Shown here in pieces: positions 38,680 to 49,040 of a stretch of DNA of 64,000 nt. The position numbers and the translations under genes are program-made. The notes beneath the pieces were generated by a model. The model saw only the letters and a list, made by a program, of their open reading frames with translations. It ran no database searches and was not told where the DNA came from. The stretch covers positions 244,581 to 308,580 of the forward strand of contig CAYMSV010000001.1 in assembly GCA_964393205.1 (NCBI GenBank), given 5' to 3'. Position 1 is the stretch's first letter; each line of letters begins with the position of its first letter. The stretch is from an uncultured Pseudomonadales bacterium. Its GTDB lineage: Bacteria; Patescibacteriota; Microgenomatia; UBA1400; PJMF01.

Positions 38680-39786
38680 TTAGAGATATTTTTCTCTACC
38701 CTCTTCTTTTAATTGATTAACTAATTTTTTAACATCTTGACCATTGTCCTTGGGGCAAATCAATAAAATTTCTTCTGTATCAACTACAATTAGGTCTTTA
38801 ACACCATAAAGAGCTATTAAGCGATGATTACCATGAATTAAATTTCCGTAAGCTTTTTGAGTGAGGGTTTGAATTTCCCCACTTTCTCCCAGAATAACAT
38901 TGCCAGAATTGTCTTTTTTACCTAATTGATAAACCACTTTCCAATCGCCAACATCATTCCAACCGAAATCTCCAGGAATTAAAACCAAGTTGTCGGCCTT
39001 TTCACTAATAGCATAATCGATTGAGATGGCTTCTGCCTGCTCATAGACCTCTTCAAGAGCTTGATGAAATTCAGTAGATTTCAGTTTTTCTAAGTGTTTG
39101 GTAAGTTTGTGCATACTTGGCATGTGCTTGTCAAAACTTTTTTGAATTTCTTTGGCTGACCAAACGTACATGTTGGCATTCCAAAAATAGCGCCCAGTAG
39201 AAATGAAGGCAGCAGCGGTTGCTAACTTGGGTTTTTCAGTAAAGCTATCAACTTTGAAGAGGCTTAAGTCTCGATCTAATTTTTTAATTTCTTTACCAAC
39301 CTTGATGTAGCCAAAAGCACTAGTCGGATAAGTAGGGGTAATACCAACCGTAATTAGGTAATGATGTTTTTCAGCTGTTTCTACAGCCTTATTCATAACT
39401 CGATCAAACTCTTTGAGATTATTAACAATGTGGTCTGAGGCTGCATTAATAACTACGGCGTTTTTATCCTTGCTTTTGGCATAAAGAGCGCCAACTAGCA
39501 TGGCTAGAGCCGTATCTTTTTTACTTGGTTCAGCAATGATGTTTTCTTTAAGAACTTTAGGTAATTGTTTACTGACTTCCTGTACATATTTTTTATTAGT
39601 GACCACAATGACTTGAGACCAGTCAACCAAGCGATTAATTCTTTCAGCAGCAATTTGCATCATGCTTTGCTTGCCGGTTAATTTCAAGAATTGTTTGGGG
39701 GTGTTATCTCTAGATTTTGGCCAAAGTCTGGTACCACCACCACCAGCTAACAAAACGGCGTAAAGATGCTTGTTTTTATTCATCAA
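38680..39786 (-). CDS. Sugar-1-phosphate nucleotidyltransferase (mannose-1-phosphate guanylyltransferase-like)
   Basis: N-terminal LLAGGGGTRLWP. Confidence 0.75.
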   Translation of the reverse strand: MMNKNKHLYAVLLAGGGGTRLWPKSRDNTPKQFLKLTGKQSMMQIAAERINRLVDWSQVIVVTNKKYVQEVSKQLPKVLKENIIAEPSKKDTALAMLVGALYAKSKDKNAVVINAASDHIVNNLKEFDRVMNKAVETAEKHHYLITVGITPTYPTSAFGYIKVGKEIKKLDRDLSLFKVDSFTEKPKLATAAAFISTGRYFWNANMYVWSAKEIQKSFDKHMPSMHKLTKHLEKLKSTEFHQALEEVYEQAEAISIDYAISEKADNLVLIPGDFGWNDVGDWKVVYQLGKKDNSGNVILGESGEIQTLTQKAYGNLIHGNHRLIALYGVKDLIVVDTEEILLICPKDNGQDVKKLVNQLKEEGREKYL

Positions 39787-40990
39787 ATTTCTTTCTATAA
39801 GCTGCTTCTAATTGTCGATTAAATCTTCTCAAAAAACTAGTAGTATCATATTTTATAGCGTTTTTAGCTAAAATTTCCAGATCAAAATCTGTTTCTTCTA
39901 AAATTTTCATTTTTTGACAGAGTTCCTCTACATATTTTTCACTGTGTTCTTCCAGCATAATTTCTGGAAAATTCAGATGTAGAGAGTATTGGCCATCAGC
40001 TAGAACTTCACTAGCTCCAGCATGTTGGTGAATAAGCACTGGCAGCGAATGCAAACTGGCTTCAAGTCCTACGATGCCAAAATCATCTATACCGGGCATT
40101 AAAAGAGCTCGAGCATGTCCATAAAGTTGACTAAGTTGTTCATTATTAACTTGTTTTTGAAAAATAATTTGCTTAGAATTTTTTGGAAAATCTGCTCTTT
40201 GGCTTAAGAGTTTTTTAGCTAATTTTTTAAGTTGACGATAATCTGGACCATCTCCAACAATGATGAGTTGTCGGCCTAAACGCACGCAGGCTTTGATGGC
40301 TAAATCAATATTTTTATAAGGCACTAGACGACTCACTAATAAATAGTATTGGTTTTTTTGATGATTGGTGCTGGGATGAGCGGCTAGTAAAGCTTGAAAA
40401 ACATCTAGATCGACTGGTGGATAAATAACAGGATGGCTTTCTAGGTGGTAATATTTATGAATTCTGTTGGCTACTGCTTGAGAAATTGGCACAATTACAT
40501 CTGGTCGATGAATAGCCAATTGATCCCATTTTTTTAGATATTGAAGAGCTTTTTTTGATATATGTTTAATAATTGGCCAATTCAAAAAAGCTATTTTGTT
40601 CCAATAATTTTCCTGATAGTGATAAAGATAGCGAGGAGGTGTTAATAAATAACAGAAATGTAATTGGTCACTACGAGTAATTATCCCCTTAGCTTCAGCA
40701 CTGGTAATAGAAATAATGACATCATAATCTCCAAGATCCAGAGTCTCAAAAGCAAGAGGCATTAAGGGAGCTAGCAAGCGATGGTGATGTTTAGCTAGAG
40801 GAAATTTTTGCAAAAAACTAGTTTTGATTTTAAAAACTTTTGCCCATTTAGCTTTGCGTGGGTTGTAAACAGCAGTAAATAAATCGGCTTGTGGATAAAG
40901 TTTTTTGAGGGCTAGTAAAACTTTTTCTGCTCCACCAAAAGGGGTGTTAACTCGGTCATAGACAAGAGCGATTTTTTTATTGTTTAGCAT
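39776..40990 (-). CDS. Glycosyltransferase family 4 (GT-B)
   Basis: GT1/GT4 C-terminal domain. Start taken at ATG 40990, just after the upstream stop. Confidence 0.7.
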   Translation of the reverse strand: MLNNKKIALVYDRVNTPFGGAEKVLLALKKLYPQADLFTAVYNPRKAKWAKVFKIKTSFLQKFPLAKHHHRLLAPLMPLAFETLDLGDYDVIISITSAEAKGIITRSDQLHFCYLLTPPRYLYHYQENYWNKIAFLNWPIIKHISKKALQYLKKWDQLAIHRPDVIVPISQAVANRIHKYYHLESHPVIYPPVDLDVFQALLAAHPSTNHQKNQYYLLVSRLVPYKNIDLAIKACVRLGRQLIIVGDGPDYRQLKKLAKKLLSQRADFPKNSKQIIFQKQVNNEQLSQLYGHARALLMPGIDDFGIVGLEASLHSLPVLIHQHAGASEVLADGQYSLHLNFPEIMLEEHSEKYVEELCQKMKILEETDFDLEILAKNAIKYDTTSFLRRFNRQLEAAYRKKFDE

Positions 40991-40991
40991 T

Positions 40992-42161
40992 TTAGTTATT
41001 TTTAAGGGCAGACACATACACTCGATAAGTTAATTGAGCCAAATCCTGCCAACGATACTTTTTGGCAAATTTAAGATTTTTGGAGATGATGTCTTGCCTC
41101 TTGCTAAATTTTAATTTTTCTAAAGCAGCCAAAAAACTTTCAGGATCTTTTGGATCAAAATAAAAAGCGCTGTCTTGATAAATTTCTTTAAAGATAGGGA
41201 TGTTGCTGGCCAAAACTGCTGTGCCGCTAGCCATAGCTTCAATGCCAGTTAAGCCAAAGCCCTCAGATAGAGAAGGTTGAACGAGAGCCATCGAATTTTG
41301 ATAAATTTTGATAAGTTTTTCGTCTGGCACATAACCCATAAATTTAACTTGACGTTTAACTTTATAGCGAGCCACTAATTTACGCATTTGGGTTTGAAAA
41401 ACATTGCGTGAGCCCACGATCAACAACTGATACTTAGGTAATTTTTTTAAGGCTTTGATGACTAAAACTAAGTTTTTATGTGGATAAAGAGAGCCGGTAT
41501 ATACTAATTGTTTTTTAATTCGCTTTTTAGCTAGATCTTTTTGAGAAATTAACTGTAAATTTTTTTGGTAAGCGCTAGCTAGTCCTTCTCTGGTGACCAC
41601 AATTTTTTCTTGACTATGGCGATAATATTTACTAACCGTTTCTTTAATTGTTTGAGCAGGAACTAAAATAAATTTAGCTTTTTTAATTGCTTGTTTGACT
41701 ACCACTAAATAAGCTAGATACTTAAGATAATAAACTGGTGGTTTAAGGGTGGTCACTCCCATACCTTTTTGTTGGTGCCAGAGTAAATCATGAATAGTAA
41801 TGACCAGCTTTTGTCGATAAAAAACTGGGATGTTGAAATGCGGAACATGTAGGAGATCCAATTTTGCTTGACGATAAACCTTGGGTAAAGTTAATTGTTC
41901 CCTCAAACTGTAGTGGCGAATATCGCTCAAAATAATTTCCAGTTGATACTTTGAAGGTTTTTTATAAATATCTTCACCCAAAACTGAACGGGCTTGATTA
42001 AGATCTCTGAAAAACAAAACAAAGGTAAAAAAGTTTTTATCTTGATTGATTCTAATGATTTCTCTGACAAGATTTTCGCTATAACGACCAATGCCAGCAT
42101 GTTCACTGCCTGCCAAACGGCAGTCAATGCCTAAGCGATACTTTTTTTTCTTTGCCATCAT
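40992..42161 (-). CDS. Glycosyltransferase family 4 (GT-B)
   Basis: EX7E-type motif region SEGFGLTGIEAMASG. Confidence 0.75.
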   Translation of the reverse strand: MMAKKKKYRLGIDCRLAGSEHAGIGRYSENLVREIIRINQDKNFFTFVLFFRDLNQARSVLGEDIYKKPSKYQLEIILSDIRHYSLREQLTLPKVYRQAKLDLLHVPHFNIPVFYRQKLVITIHDLLWHQQKGMGVTTLKPPVYYLKYLAYLVVVKQAIKKAKFILVPAQTIKETVSKYYRHSQEKIVVTREGLASAYQKNLQLISQKDLAKKRIKKQLVYTGSLYPHKNLVLVIKALKKLPKYQLLIVGSRNVFQTQMRKLVARYKVKRQVKFMGYVPDEKLIKIYQNSMALVQPSLSEGFGLTGIEAMASGTAVLASNIPIFKEIYQDSAFYFDPKDPESFLAALEKLKFSKRQDIISKNLKFAKKYRWQDLAQLTYRVYVSALKNN

Positions 42162-42176
42162 TTTTAATTTATCTTT

Positions 42177-43055
42177 CTATCGACCATCTCGTTTGACGAA
42201 AATATATGAGCGCAGTAAACGTCGTAGTAATTTTGGGTAACGAGGAGCGTAATATTTATCATAGTAAGTTAACATTGCATCATAAAAGAAAGCATGGGTT
42301 TTTTTGGCAGTTTTTTTATTAACACTTTTAATGCCCGATTTATATTTATGATGAACTATAGTGACTTGTGGATGAAAGATAATTTGATAACCAGCGTCAC
42401 GAAAGCGTCGACACCAGTCTAAATCCTCACCATACATAAAAAAAGTTTCATCTAACAGGCCAACTTTTTTCATAGCCTTTTGACGAACCATCATGGCTGC
42501 TCCAGAAATAGCATCAACTTGATGAATGACGTCTAGGTTTAGATGACCCAAATGATATTGAGCAAAAAATTTAGAGTTGGGGAAAAATTTTTCTAAGCCA
42601 ATAAAATAGCTAAAAGCAGCCCAAGGGTGTGGTTCACCGCGATGGCTGGCCGGATCTAGCTCGCCATTGCTTAATTCTAGACGAGGGCCAAGGACAGCCA
42701 CTTTGGGGTTTTTGTCTAAATATTTAATTAAAAGGTCTAAATTACTTTTTTCTTCTAAAAATTCTGTATCACTATTAAGTAACATCACATAGCGAGCCTG
42801 ACTTTGGCGCAGTGCCACATTGTTGCCAAAAGCAAAACCACCATTGCGCCCTGACTCTATAACTTTCACCCACTTAAAATTCTTTTTCAAAAAACTCACA
42901 GAATCGTCTTGGCTATCGTTATCAACCACAACCACTTCGACTTTAAATTTTGTGTGTTTGAGATAGTTGTCTTTAATGGTAGGTAGTAACTTTTTGAGCC
43001 AAAAAAGACCGTTGTAGTTGAGGATAATAATACTTAAATCTAATTTTTTTGCCAT
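42177..43055 (-). CDS. Glycosyltransferase family 2
   Basis: LSIIILNYNG...VVVVDNDSQDDS GT2 N-terminus. Confidence 0.75.
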   Translation of the reverse strand: MAKKLDLSIIILNYNGLFWLKKLLPTIKDNYLKHTKFKVEVVVVDNDSQDDSVSFLKKNFKWVKVIESGRNGGFAFGNNVALRQSQARYVMLLNSDTEFLEEKSNLDLLIKYLDKNPKVAVLGPRLELSNGELDPASHRGEPHPWAAFSYFIGLEKFFPNSKFFAQYHLGHLNLDVIHQVDAISGAAMMVRQKAMKKVGLLDETFFMYGEDLDWCRRFRDAGYQIIFHPQVTIVHHKYKSGIKSVNKKTAKKTHAFFYDAMLTYYDKYYAPRYPKLLRRLLRSYIFVKRDGR

Positions 43056-43057
43056 AT

Positions 43058-44257
43058 TTATTTCTTTATTCTACCGATTTTTTGGTAAATTGCATCGAGT
43101 TTTTGAGAAATTGATTGCCAATCATAATGGTCTTTAACAAATTTTTTACCATTGCTTGAGAGTTTATCCCACAATTTCTGATCAGTCAAAACTTGAACAG
43201 TGAATTTAGCTAGTTCTTCGGCATCGTTACTAATTAAAACATCTTTGCCGTGTTCAACTTCTAGACCTTCAACAGCAATTTTACTGGCAACTACTGGTGT
43301 GGAACAAGCCATCGCTTCCAAGATCTTGTAACGAGTGCCCTTGCCGCTAAAAACAGGAGCTAGCAGCAAGTCTGCGCTCTTAAAAGCATAGCGAATATCT
43401 TCAACTTGACCAGCGACAGTAATTTGTGGATCTCTGAGGCCGTAATTAAGCACCTTTTGACTGGGAGCATTACCGACAATTTGGAGGTGAACATTGGCTA
43501 GTTTCTTTTTTACCAAAGGCCAAACTTTTTCCACTAAGAATTCAACTGCTTCTCGATTGGGCAACCATTTAAAAGTCCCAACCGACAGAATAGTTGGTTT
43601 AGTTGTTTTTTTTCTAGCTATTTGATCAAACCAGCTATTGTCTACCCCATTAGCTACGACAGCGATTTTGTCAGCTCTGCCCATTTGTTGAGCAATAAAA
43701 TTTTTATCTTCTTCGCTCATGACAATTAGTTGGTCAGCTTGTTGCCAGTAATGTTTTTCCCAGTTGCGAATTTTCTCAACATCGATGTTGAGAATTGGCC
43801 TTAAGAAAAGTGGGGCTTTTTTGGCATAATTTTCATAACCCAAATATTCAATAGTTTGTTCAACCAAGATACTAGGAATTTTTAGCTTTGGTAAGTGAGA
43901 CATCATATAAAAAGTCTCAGCATGAATGAGGTCGTAATTGCTGCTGGCTAGCTCTTCTTTAATCGCGCCAGTAACAGTTAGTGACTGATTGCGAATTACC
44001 AAAAAAGGATAACTAGAAAAGGCGGTCTTGAAAATATTTTTGAGAGTAAAAGGTTTTTTACTGCGTTTAAAAACTCGAACCTTGTGACAATATTTTTCAA
44101 GCTCACCAATATATTCTTTTTCTTGTTCATCTTTAATGAGAGCAAAGAGCGTAATTTGGTGTTTTTTGGCTAGTTTTTTCAGTAAATTGTAGGTGCGAAT
44201 TTGACCTCCAGACAAGAGTGGATATGGCAAATAGGGAGTCAACATTAAGATTTTCAT
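43058..44257 (-). CDS. Glycosyltransferase family 4 (GT-B)
   Basis: N-terminal Glyco_trans_4-like domain and a C-terminal GT1 domain. Confidence 0.7.
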   Translation of the reverse strand: MKILMLTPYLPYPLLSGGQIRTYNLLKKLAKKHQITLFALIKDEQEKEYIGELEKYCHKVRVFKRSKKPFTLKNIFKTAFSSYPFLVIRNQSLTVTGAIKEELASSNYDLIHAETFYMMSHLPKLKIPSILVEQTIEYLGYENYAKKAPLFLRPILNIDVEKIRNWEKHYWQQADQLIVMSEEDKNFIAQQMGRADKIAVVANGVDNSWFDQIARKKTTKPTILSVGTFKWLPNREAVEFLVEKVWPLVKKKLANVHLQIVGNAPSQKVLNYGLRDPQITVAGQVEDIRYAFKSADLLLAPVFSGKGTRYKILEAMACSTPVVASKIAVEGLEVEHGKDVLISNDAEELAKFTVQVLTDQKLWDKLSSNGKKFVKDHYDWQSISQKLDAIYQKIGRIKK

Positions 44258-45711
44258 GGATTATTTTTTTCTTTAGTTAAATCTAATATTAAATAACGAT
44301 CGGTTTTGTCAATGCTTTGATACTTTTCTTCGAGTTGACGACGTTCTTTATCATCACTAGTACTAACATAGATAGTGGCACCAGCCTGGATTTTTTCTTC
44401 AATGTTATGACCAATGGGCCAGCCACGCCGATTAGTTTGAAATAAAAAGGCGGTATCTCCCATGGCTGGAGCAATAACTAAAGCATCAGCTGGAGTTAAG
44501 CGATCAATAGCTTGGCCAGCTTCAATATATTCCCAATTATTGACATTAAAGAAGCCAGCAACTTGTCTGGCTGACAAAGACCAAGCGCTAAACAAAAGTA
44601 GAGCAAGAAAAATTTTCCCTAAAAGAGCTTTTTTGAATTTTTCTTGGATAATTAAACTGCCTCTCGCTACACTAACGGCAACAATCGGAATCATTAGGTT
44701 CTGATAATAATCATGTTGAATGTTGCCACTAGCGAGCACTATAAAATAAAAAACAATGCTCAGCCACCAACTAGCATAAATTAAAGTCTTTTTATTAATT
44801 TGCCATAGATTAGCAAGAAGCAAGATTGTGCCAGTAAAACCAAGAACAAGTTTAATCAGGCGCTCATAGAATAACCAACGCCACCAAGCTGGTTTAAGGC
44901 GAATATTATTTTTATTAAACAACCAATCGGAAACAGGAATACCTGTGGGAAAATTTTCAATCCAGTCTCGCCATAACCAAAAAGGAATGAAGGCTAAAAT
45001 AGGAAAAAGATAAATGCTTAGTTTTCTAAAAAGCTTGTTGCCTAAATAATGCCAAGCAATAGCTAAATAAATTGGGGCTAAAAAGAGGACAAAAGGTTTG
45101 AGCAAAGCAGCTAAAGCTAAAGAGATAAGGCTGAGCAAATAGTGACTTATTCCTTTGGCTTTTTTTTGACAAAAAACTGCCCACTGCCAAAGTGATAACA
45201 AGCTCAAGGCCAACATAAAAGGTTCGGGCAAAATAGCTCGGCCATAAAAGACCGCATAAGGCAAAATTGCGTAAACAAAGGCACTAAATAGAGCTAGTTT
45301 TTCATCATCAAAAACCTTAATTAAGCGATAAAGTGAATAAATGGCTAGCAGTGAAGCCAGAATAGAAAAAGCTCGACTGGTCATCACCAAATCAAGATTG
45401 AGACCTAGACTTTGACTAAACAATAAAAAATGAGCAATTAAACCATTGATTAGAGGAAATTCTACCATTCGATAACCCTCTGGGTTAGCTAAACCAGACT
45501 GAATATCAGAAAGGTCTTGATATTGAGGTCTCAACCAATCGACTTGCCCACTTTTAACATATTCTCTAGTGACAGAAGCAGTATCAGCTTGACGAAAACT
45601 GTGCCAATCAGCTAAGGGATAGTGAAAGCGATAGAGGCGCAAGACAAGCGCCAATAATAAAATAGCAAGAATTAACCAGCTATTTTTTTGCTTTTTTGCT
45701 TTTTTTATCAT
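44254..45711 (-). CDS. GT-C fold membrane glycosyltransferase (ArnT/PMT-like, GT39/GT83-type)
   Basis: About 11 TM helices; first periplasmic loop HSFRQADTASV is typical of polyprenyl-phosphate-sugar-dependent GT-C enzymes. Confidence 0.6.
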   Translation of the reverse strand: MIKKAKKQKNSWLILAILLLALVLRLYRFHYPLADWHSFRQADTASVTREYVKSGQVDWLRPQYQDLSDIQSGLANPEGYRMVEFPLINGLIAHFLLFSQSLGLNLDLVMTSRAFSILASLLAIYSLYRLIKVFDDEKLALFSAFVYAILPYAVFYGRAILPEPFMLALSLLSLWQWAVFCQKKAKGISHYLLSLISLALAALLKPFVLFLAPIYLAIAWHYLGNKLFRKLSIYLFPILAFIPFWLWRDWIENFPTGIPVSDWLFNKNNIRLKPAWWRWLFYERLIKLVLGFTGTILLLANLWQINKKTLIYASWWLSIVFYFIVLASGNIQHDYYQNLMIPIVAVSVARGSLIIQEKFKKALLGKIFLALLLFSAWSLSARQVAGFFNVNNWEYIEAGQAIDRLTPADALVIAPAMGDTAFLFQTNRRGWPIGHNIEEKIQAGATIYVSTSDDKERRQLEEKYQSIDKTDRYLILDLTKEKNNP

Positions 45712-47341
45712 GATAATGTTGATGATTGATGGCGAGTATTGCTCCAGCTAGGGCCCAATAAATGAAGGCTACTTTGGAAGAGGCAAAGACATCAATGTAA
45801 AGAGCATTGACCAAGAGGCCAATGGTAGCTGCCAAAAAGGCTAAATTAAGGTTTTTGAGCCAAGGACTGGCAGATTTATTTTTCTTGATTTGATAAAAGA
45901 TTACCCAAAAAATACCATAGAAACTAATAAAACCTAGCAAACCAGTTTCACCCAAGGTACGCAAGAAATTATTATCAGTGCTTTCGGCTTCAGTGAAGTG
46001 ATAAAAATCTTTTTTATTGAGGGTGGCATAGGCACTACCCACGACAGGATTGGCAACAAAACCATCGATGGCATTGGGCCAAAGCTCATCGAGGCGAATA
46101 GCCAAGGACAAACCATATTTCATGGCATTGGGTGACCAAGTGCGCTCTTTTTCTACCTCAACCATTTCGCCAAATTCATTCTCCTCTTTTACTATGTCTG
46201 GGACATCGACATACACATCAACCGGTCTAGTGGTGGTGGGTCGCTCATCAGTTTTGACTAAGGTGTTTTCATCGACAGCAATGCCATCATCCGGCGGTCG
46301 ACCTCGGCGTTGAATATAAGTGGCTAACTTTTCATATTTTTCTTCAAAAATTTCCATTTGAGTTTCGCTAAATTCTTCAGCATCTTCATAAACTAGATAA
46401 GCTTCTGGATAAGCTCGCAAGATTTGCACAAAACGGTCTTGCATATCGCCACCAAAGACGAAAATCATTAGGATTAATAAAATGCTAAAAGCAGTACCTC
46501 GACGCAGAAGTGCCCATAAGCGTTTAATAAATTTTTGCTCTTGCCAAGCTAACATAATGATAGCGGCAGCCATGGCAGCAAGATAAGCTGCAAAAGAAAT
46601 TCGTGAAGCGGAAACAACCAAAAGCCATAGACCAAGCAAATGCAAAACTTTAAATAAACCCTTACCCCATTTGTTTTGGCTTTTCATACCAAGAACATAA
46701 AAAATTGGCAAAACCATGACCAAAAAGGCAGCCAAATCATAATGACCGGCAAAGGTAGATTGGACTCGAGCGTGTTCGGTTAAATATAAAACCATACCCT
46801 TGCTAAATTCTCGATTCATGGTCGAAAAAACTGGCCAATAAAGATATTTTTGACCATACCCGTAAACTGTGACTAAAACCAAAGTGAGGGCTAAGCTGGC
46901 AAGGACTAGGCGCACATCTTTTTCTGAGCGAACGCTAGAGTAAAGAATAAATAGCAAAGAAAAATATTCAATATAGCGCAGCAGGTGTAAAAATGATTTA
47001 GCAAAGTGAATGCTTTCCAAAGGAATGGTGCGAATGATAAATAAACCTGAGATAATCGATAAAAAAGCAATTGCAATGTAGGCAAAAATCCATTTAGCAG
47101 CTGGATTTTGCCAGTCAACTTTTTTGCGCTTTACTTGAATTAGATAAAACAGAGACACTAGGGCTACCAAGATATCTTCTAAGCGAACCCGGACAATGTA
47201 GCCAGGAATGGCCTCAAAAAGTGGCACTTTTGGATAGAGGGGAATAAAAATTAACAGAAATAAGCTAGCAAATAACATTAAGCGATTGTCAACAAAATTC
47301 AGTAATTTTTTAGCAAAAGTTGATTTTTTAGCCATATTCAA
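45680..47341 (-). CDS. O-antigen ligase/polymerase family (Wzy_C) membrane protein with a large periplasmic loop
   Basis: SASRISFAAYL and DNNFLRTLGETGLLG motifs. Confidence 0.6.
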   Translation of the reverse strand: MNMAKKSTFAKKLLNFVDNRLMLFASLFLLIFIPLYPKVPLFEAIPGYIVRVRLEDILVALVSLFYLIQVKRKKVDWQNPAAKWIFAYIAIAFLSIISGLFIIRTIPLESIHFAKSFLHLLRYIEYFSLLFILYSSVRSEKDVRLVLASLALTLVLVTVYGYGQKYLYWPVFSTMNREFSKGMVLYLTEHARVQSTFAGHYDLAAFLVMVLPIFYVLGMKSQNKWGKGLFKVLHLLGLWLLVVSASRISFAAYLAAMAAAIIMLAWQEQKFIKRLWALLRRGTAFSILLILMIFVFGGDMQDRFVQILRAYPEAYLVYEDAEEFSETQMEIFEEKYEKLATYIQRRGRPPDDGIAVDENTLVKTDERPTTTRPVDVYVDVPDIVKEENEFGEMVEVEKERTWSPNAMKYGLSLAIRLDELWPNAIDGFVANPVVGSAYATLNKKDFYHFTEAESTDNNFLRTLGETGLLGFISFYGIFWVIFYQIKKNKSASPWLKNLNLAFLAATIGLLVNALYIDVFASSKVAFIYWALAGAILAINHQHYHDKKSKKAKK

Positions 47342-47344
47342 AAT

Positions 47345-48358
47345 TCATTTAATAATTGCTAAAGCTTCACGATAGATTGTCGCTTGTCTCTCTTTACCAG
47401 TCAAGCGATAAATTAAATAACGCCAGAATGCACCAGCTTTAAGAATCAAGCGCAGTAGCGATTGTTGCCAGGCTGGAAAATGCTTTTTCCAAATATATAA
47501 ATAACTTTTAAACTCACCAAGAATAGCATTTTTACTAGAAGAGCTAGCGCTACCCAAGTGAACAATTTTGGCGCCGGGATGAATGGCAATGTCAAAATGA
47601 TGGTTTTTAGCTCGTAGACAAAATTCTTGATCCTCACCGTACATAAAGATATTTTTGTCTAGATAGCCAATGCGATCGATGACGCTTTTTTTAATCAGCA
47701 TGGCTGTACCAGCTACCCAATCTTTATGGATGAGAGCTGTTTTTTGATTTTTTCGATCAAGAAAGAGTTTTTGTAAGGGGCGTTGATTACGACCTGTGTG
47801 TTGAGTAGAAGGCAAAAAGCGACCCAGCACCGGAATGTCATCTAAAAAAAACATTTGGTTAAAAACGGCACAGAGTGATAATTGTGAACCACCCTGAGGT
47901 TGAAGGGAGCCATCAGGATTGAGTAAAGTGGGGCTTAAAATACCCAGATAATCAACGATTTTTTCACTATCTTGAGTGGTAGCAGTGGCTAGTTGATCAG
48001 GATGATTAATAAAGGTTTTGACTAAAGTTTCTAGAGTGCCCTGTTGGACAATGGTGTCAGAGTTAAGCAACATCAAATATTCACCCTTGGCATTTTTGAG
48101 CGCTTGGTTATTAGCTTTAGCAAAGCCCAAGTTTTGTTTATTGGCAATGAGTTGGTAATTGCGAAATTTTGCCTTGTTAAAAAACTTCTTCACGGCATCT
48201 AAGCTGCCATCTTGGCTATTGTTATCAACCACATAGATTTCGCTATCTTTTTTTAGTAAGTCGCTACTTTTGATATCAGCTAACAAGCTCTCCAATGTCT
48301 GGAGGGTTAATTCTTGAGTGTTATAAGAAACAACAATGACGGATAAAAGCTTTTGCAT
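47345..48358 (-). CDS. Glycosyltransferase family 2
   Basis: LSVIVVSYN...YVVDNNSQDGS GT2 N-terminus. Confidence 0.75.
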   Translation of the reverse strand: MQKLLSVIVVSYNTQELTLQTLESLLADIKSSDLLKKDSEIYVVDNNSQDGSLDAVKKFFNKAKFRNYQLIANKQNLGFAKANNQALKNAKGEYLMLLNSDTIVQQGTLETLVKTFINHPDQLATATTQDSEKIVDYLGILSPTLLNPDGSLQPQGGSQLSLCAVFNQMFFLDDIPVLGRFLPSTQHTGRNQRPLQKLFLDRKNQKTALIHKDWVAGTAMLIKKSVIDRIGYLDKNIFMYGEDQEFCLRAKNHHFDIAIHPGAKIVHLGSASSSSKNAILGEFKSYLYIWKKHFPAWQQSLLRLILKAGAFWRYLIYRLTGKERQATIYREALAIIK

Positions 48359-48369
48359 AATTTTTTAAC

Positions 48370-49011
48370 TTATTGAAATAAGCGGGGGCGTCCTAGGCGA
48401 TAATTGCTAGCAGTTTGTGGTCGTTGATCAATAACTTTAGCTGGCACGCCAGCCACAATGTCATAGGGAGCCACATCTTTGGTGACAATAGCGCCAGCAG
48501 CAATCACTGCTCCCTCACCAATCTTAACACCAGGCATAATAATAGCTCTGGGGCCAATAAAAACGTAGTCGCCAATAGTGACCTTTTCTTCAATAGTAGT
48601 CATTTCGCTAGATTTAACATCGTGCTCACTAGTCCAAATCATTACTTCTGAGGCAATATCGACGTGATTGCCAATTTCTAGTCCGCCTCGAGAATTTTCC
48701 AGTTGACGGCGGCCATCCAGCGTGGCTTTTTCACCAATGAGAGTGCCAGCACCAATCTTAATTCCCGATGGATAATAAATTCTAGCCATCATGTGAATAG
48801 TGGAGCCTTTGCCAATTTTTATGCCAGAGAGTCGATAAAAGAATCTTCGCCAACAATGAAAAGGTAAAAAACCCACTCCCCACCAGAGGAAACCAGTCCA
48901 TATTTCTAAAAGAATAGTTTTCACTCGTCTTTTGGCTTTAGAGCGAATTTGACTAGAATTTAAGACACGTCCATGTTTATCTGTAATAGGCATGAGACTA
49001 GTATACAACAC
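48370..49011 (-). CDS. Hexapeptide-repeat (LbH) sugar O-acetyltransferase, membrane-anchored
   Basis: N-terminal TM helix; left-handed beta-helix repeats [13 protein letters not shown]. Confidence 0.7.
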   Translation of the reverse strand: MLYTSLMPITDKHGRVLNSSQIRSKAKRRVKTILLEIWTGFLWWGVGFLPFHCWRRFFYRLSGIKIGKGSTIHMMARIYYPSGIKIGAGTLIGEKATLDGRRQLENSRGGLEIGNHVDIASEVMIWTSEHDVKSSEMTTIEEKVTIGDYVFIGPRAIIMPGVKIGEGAVIAAGAIVTKDVAPYDIVAGVPAKVIDQRPQTASNYRLGRPRLFQ

Positions 49012-49040
49012 AGAGCGAAAACTGTTGAGGTGCGAGTGAT

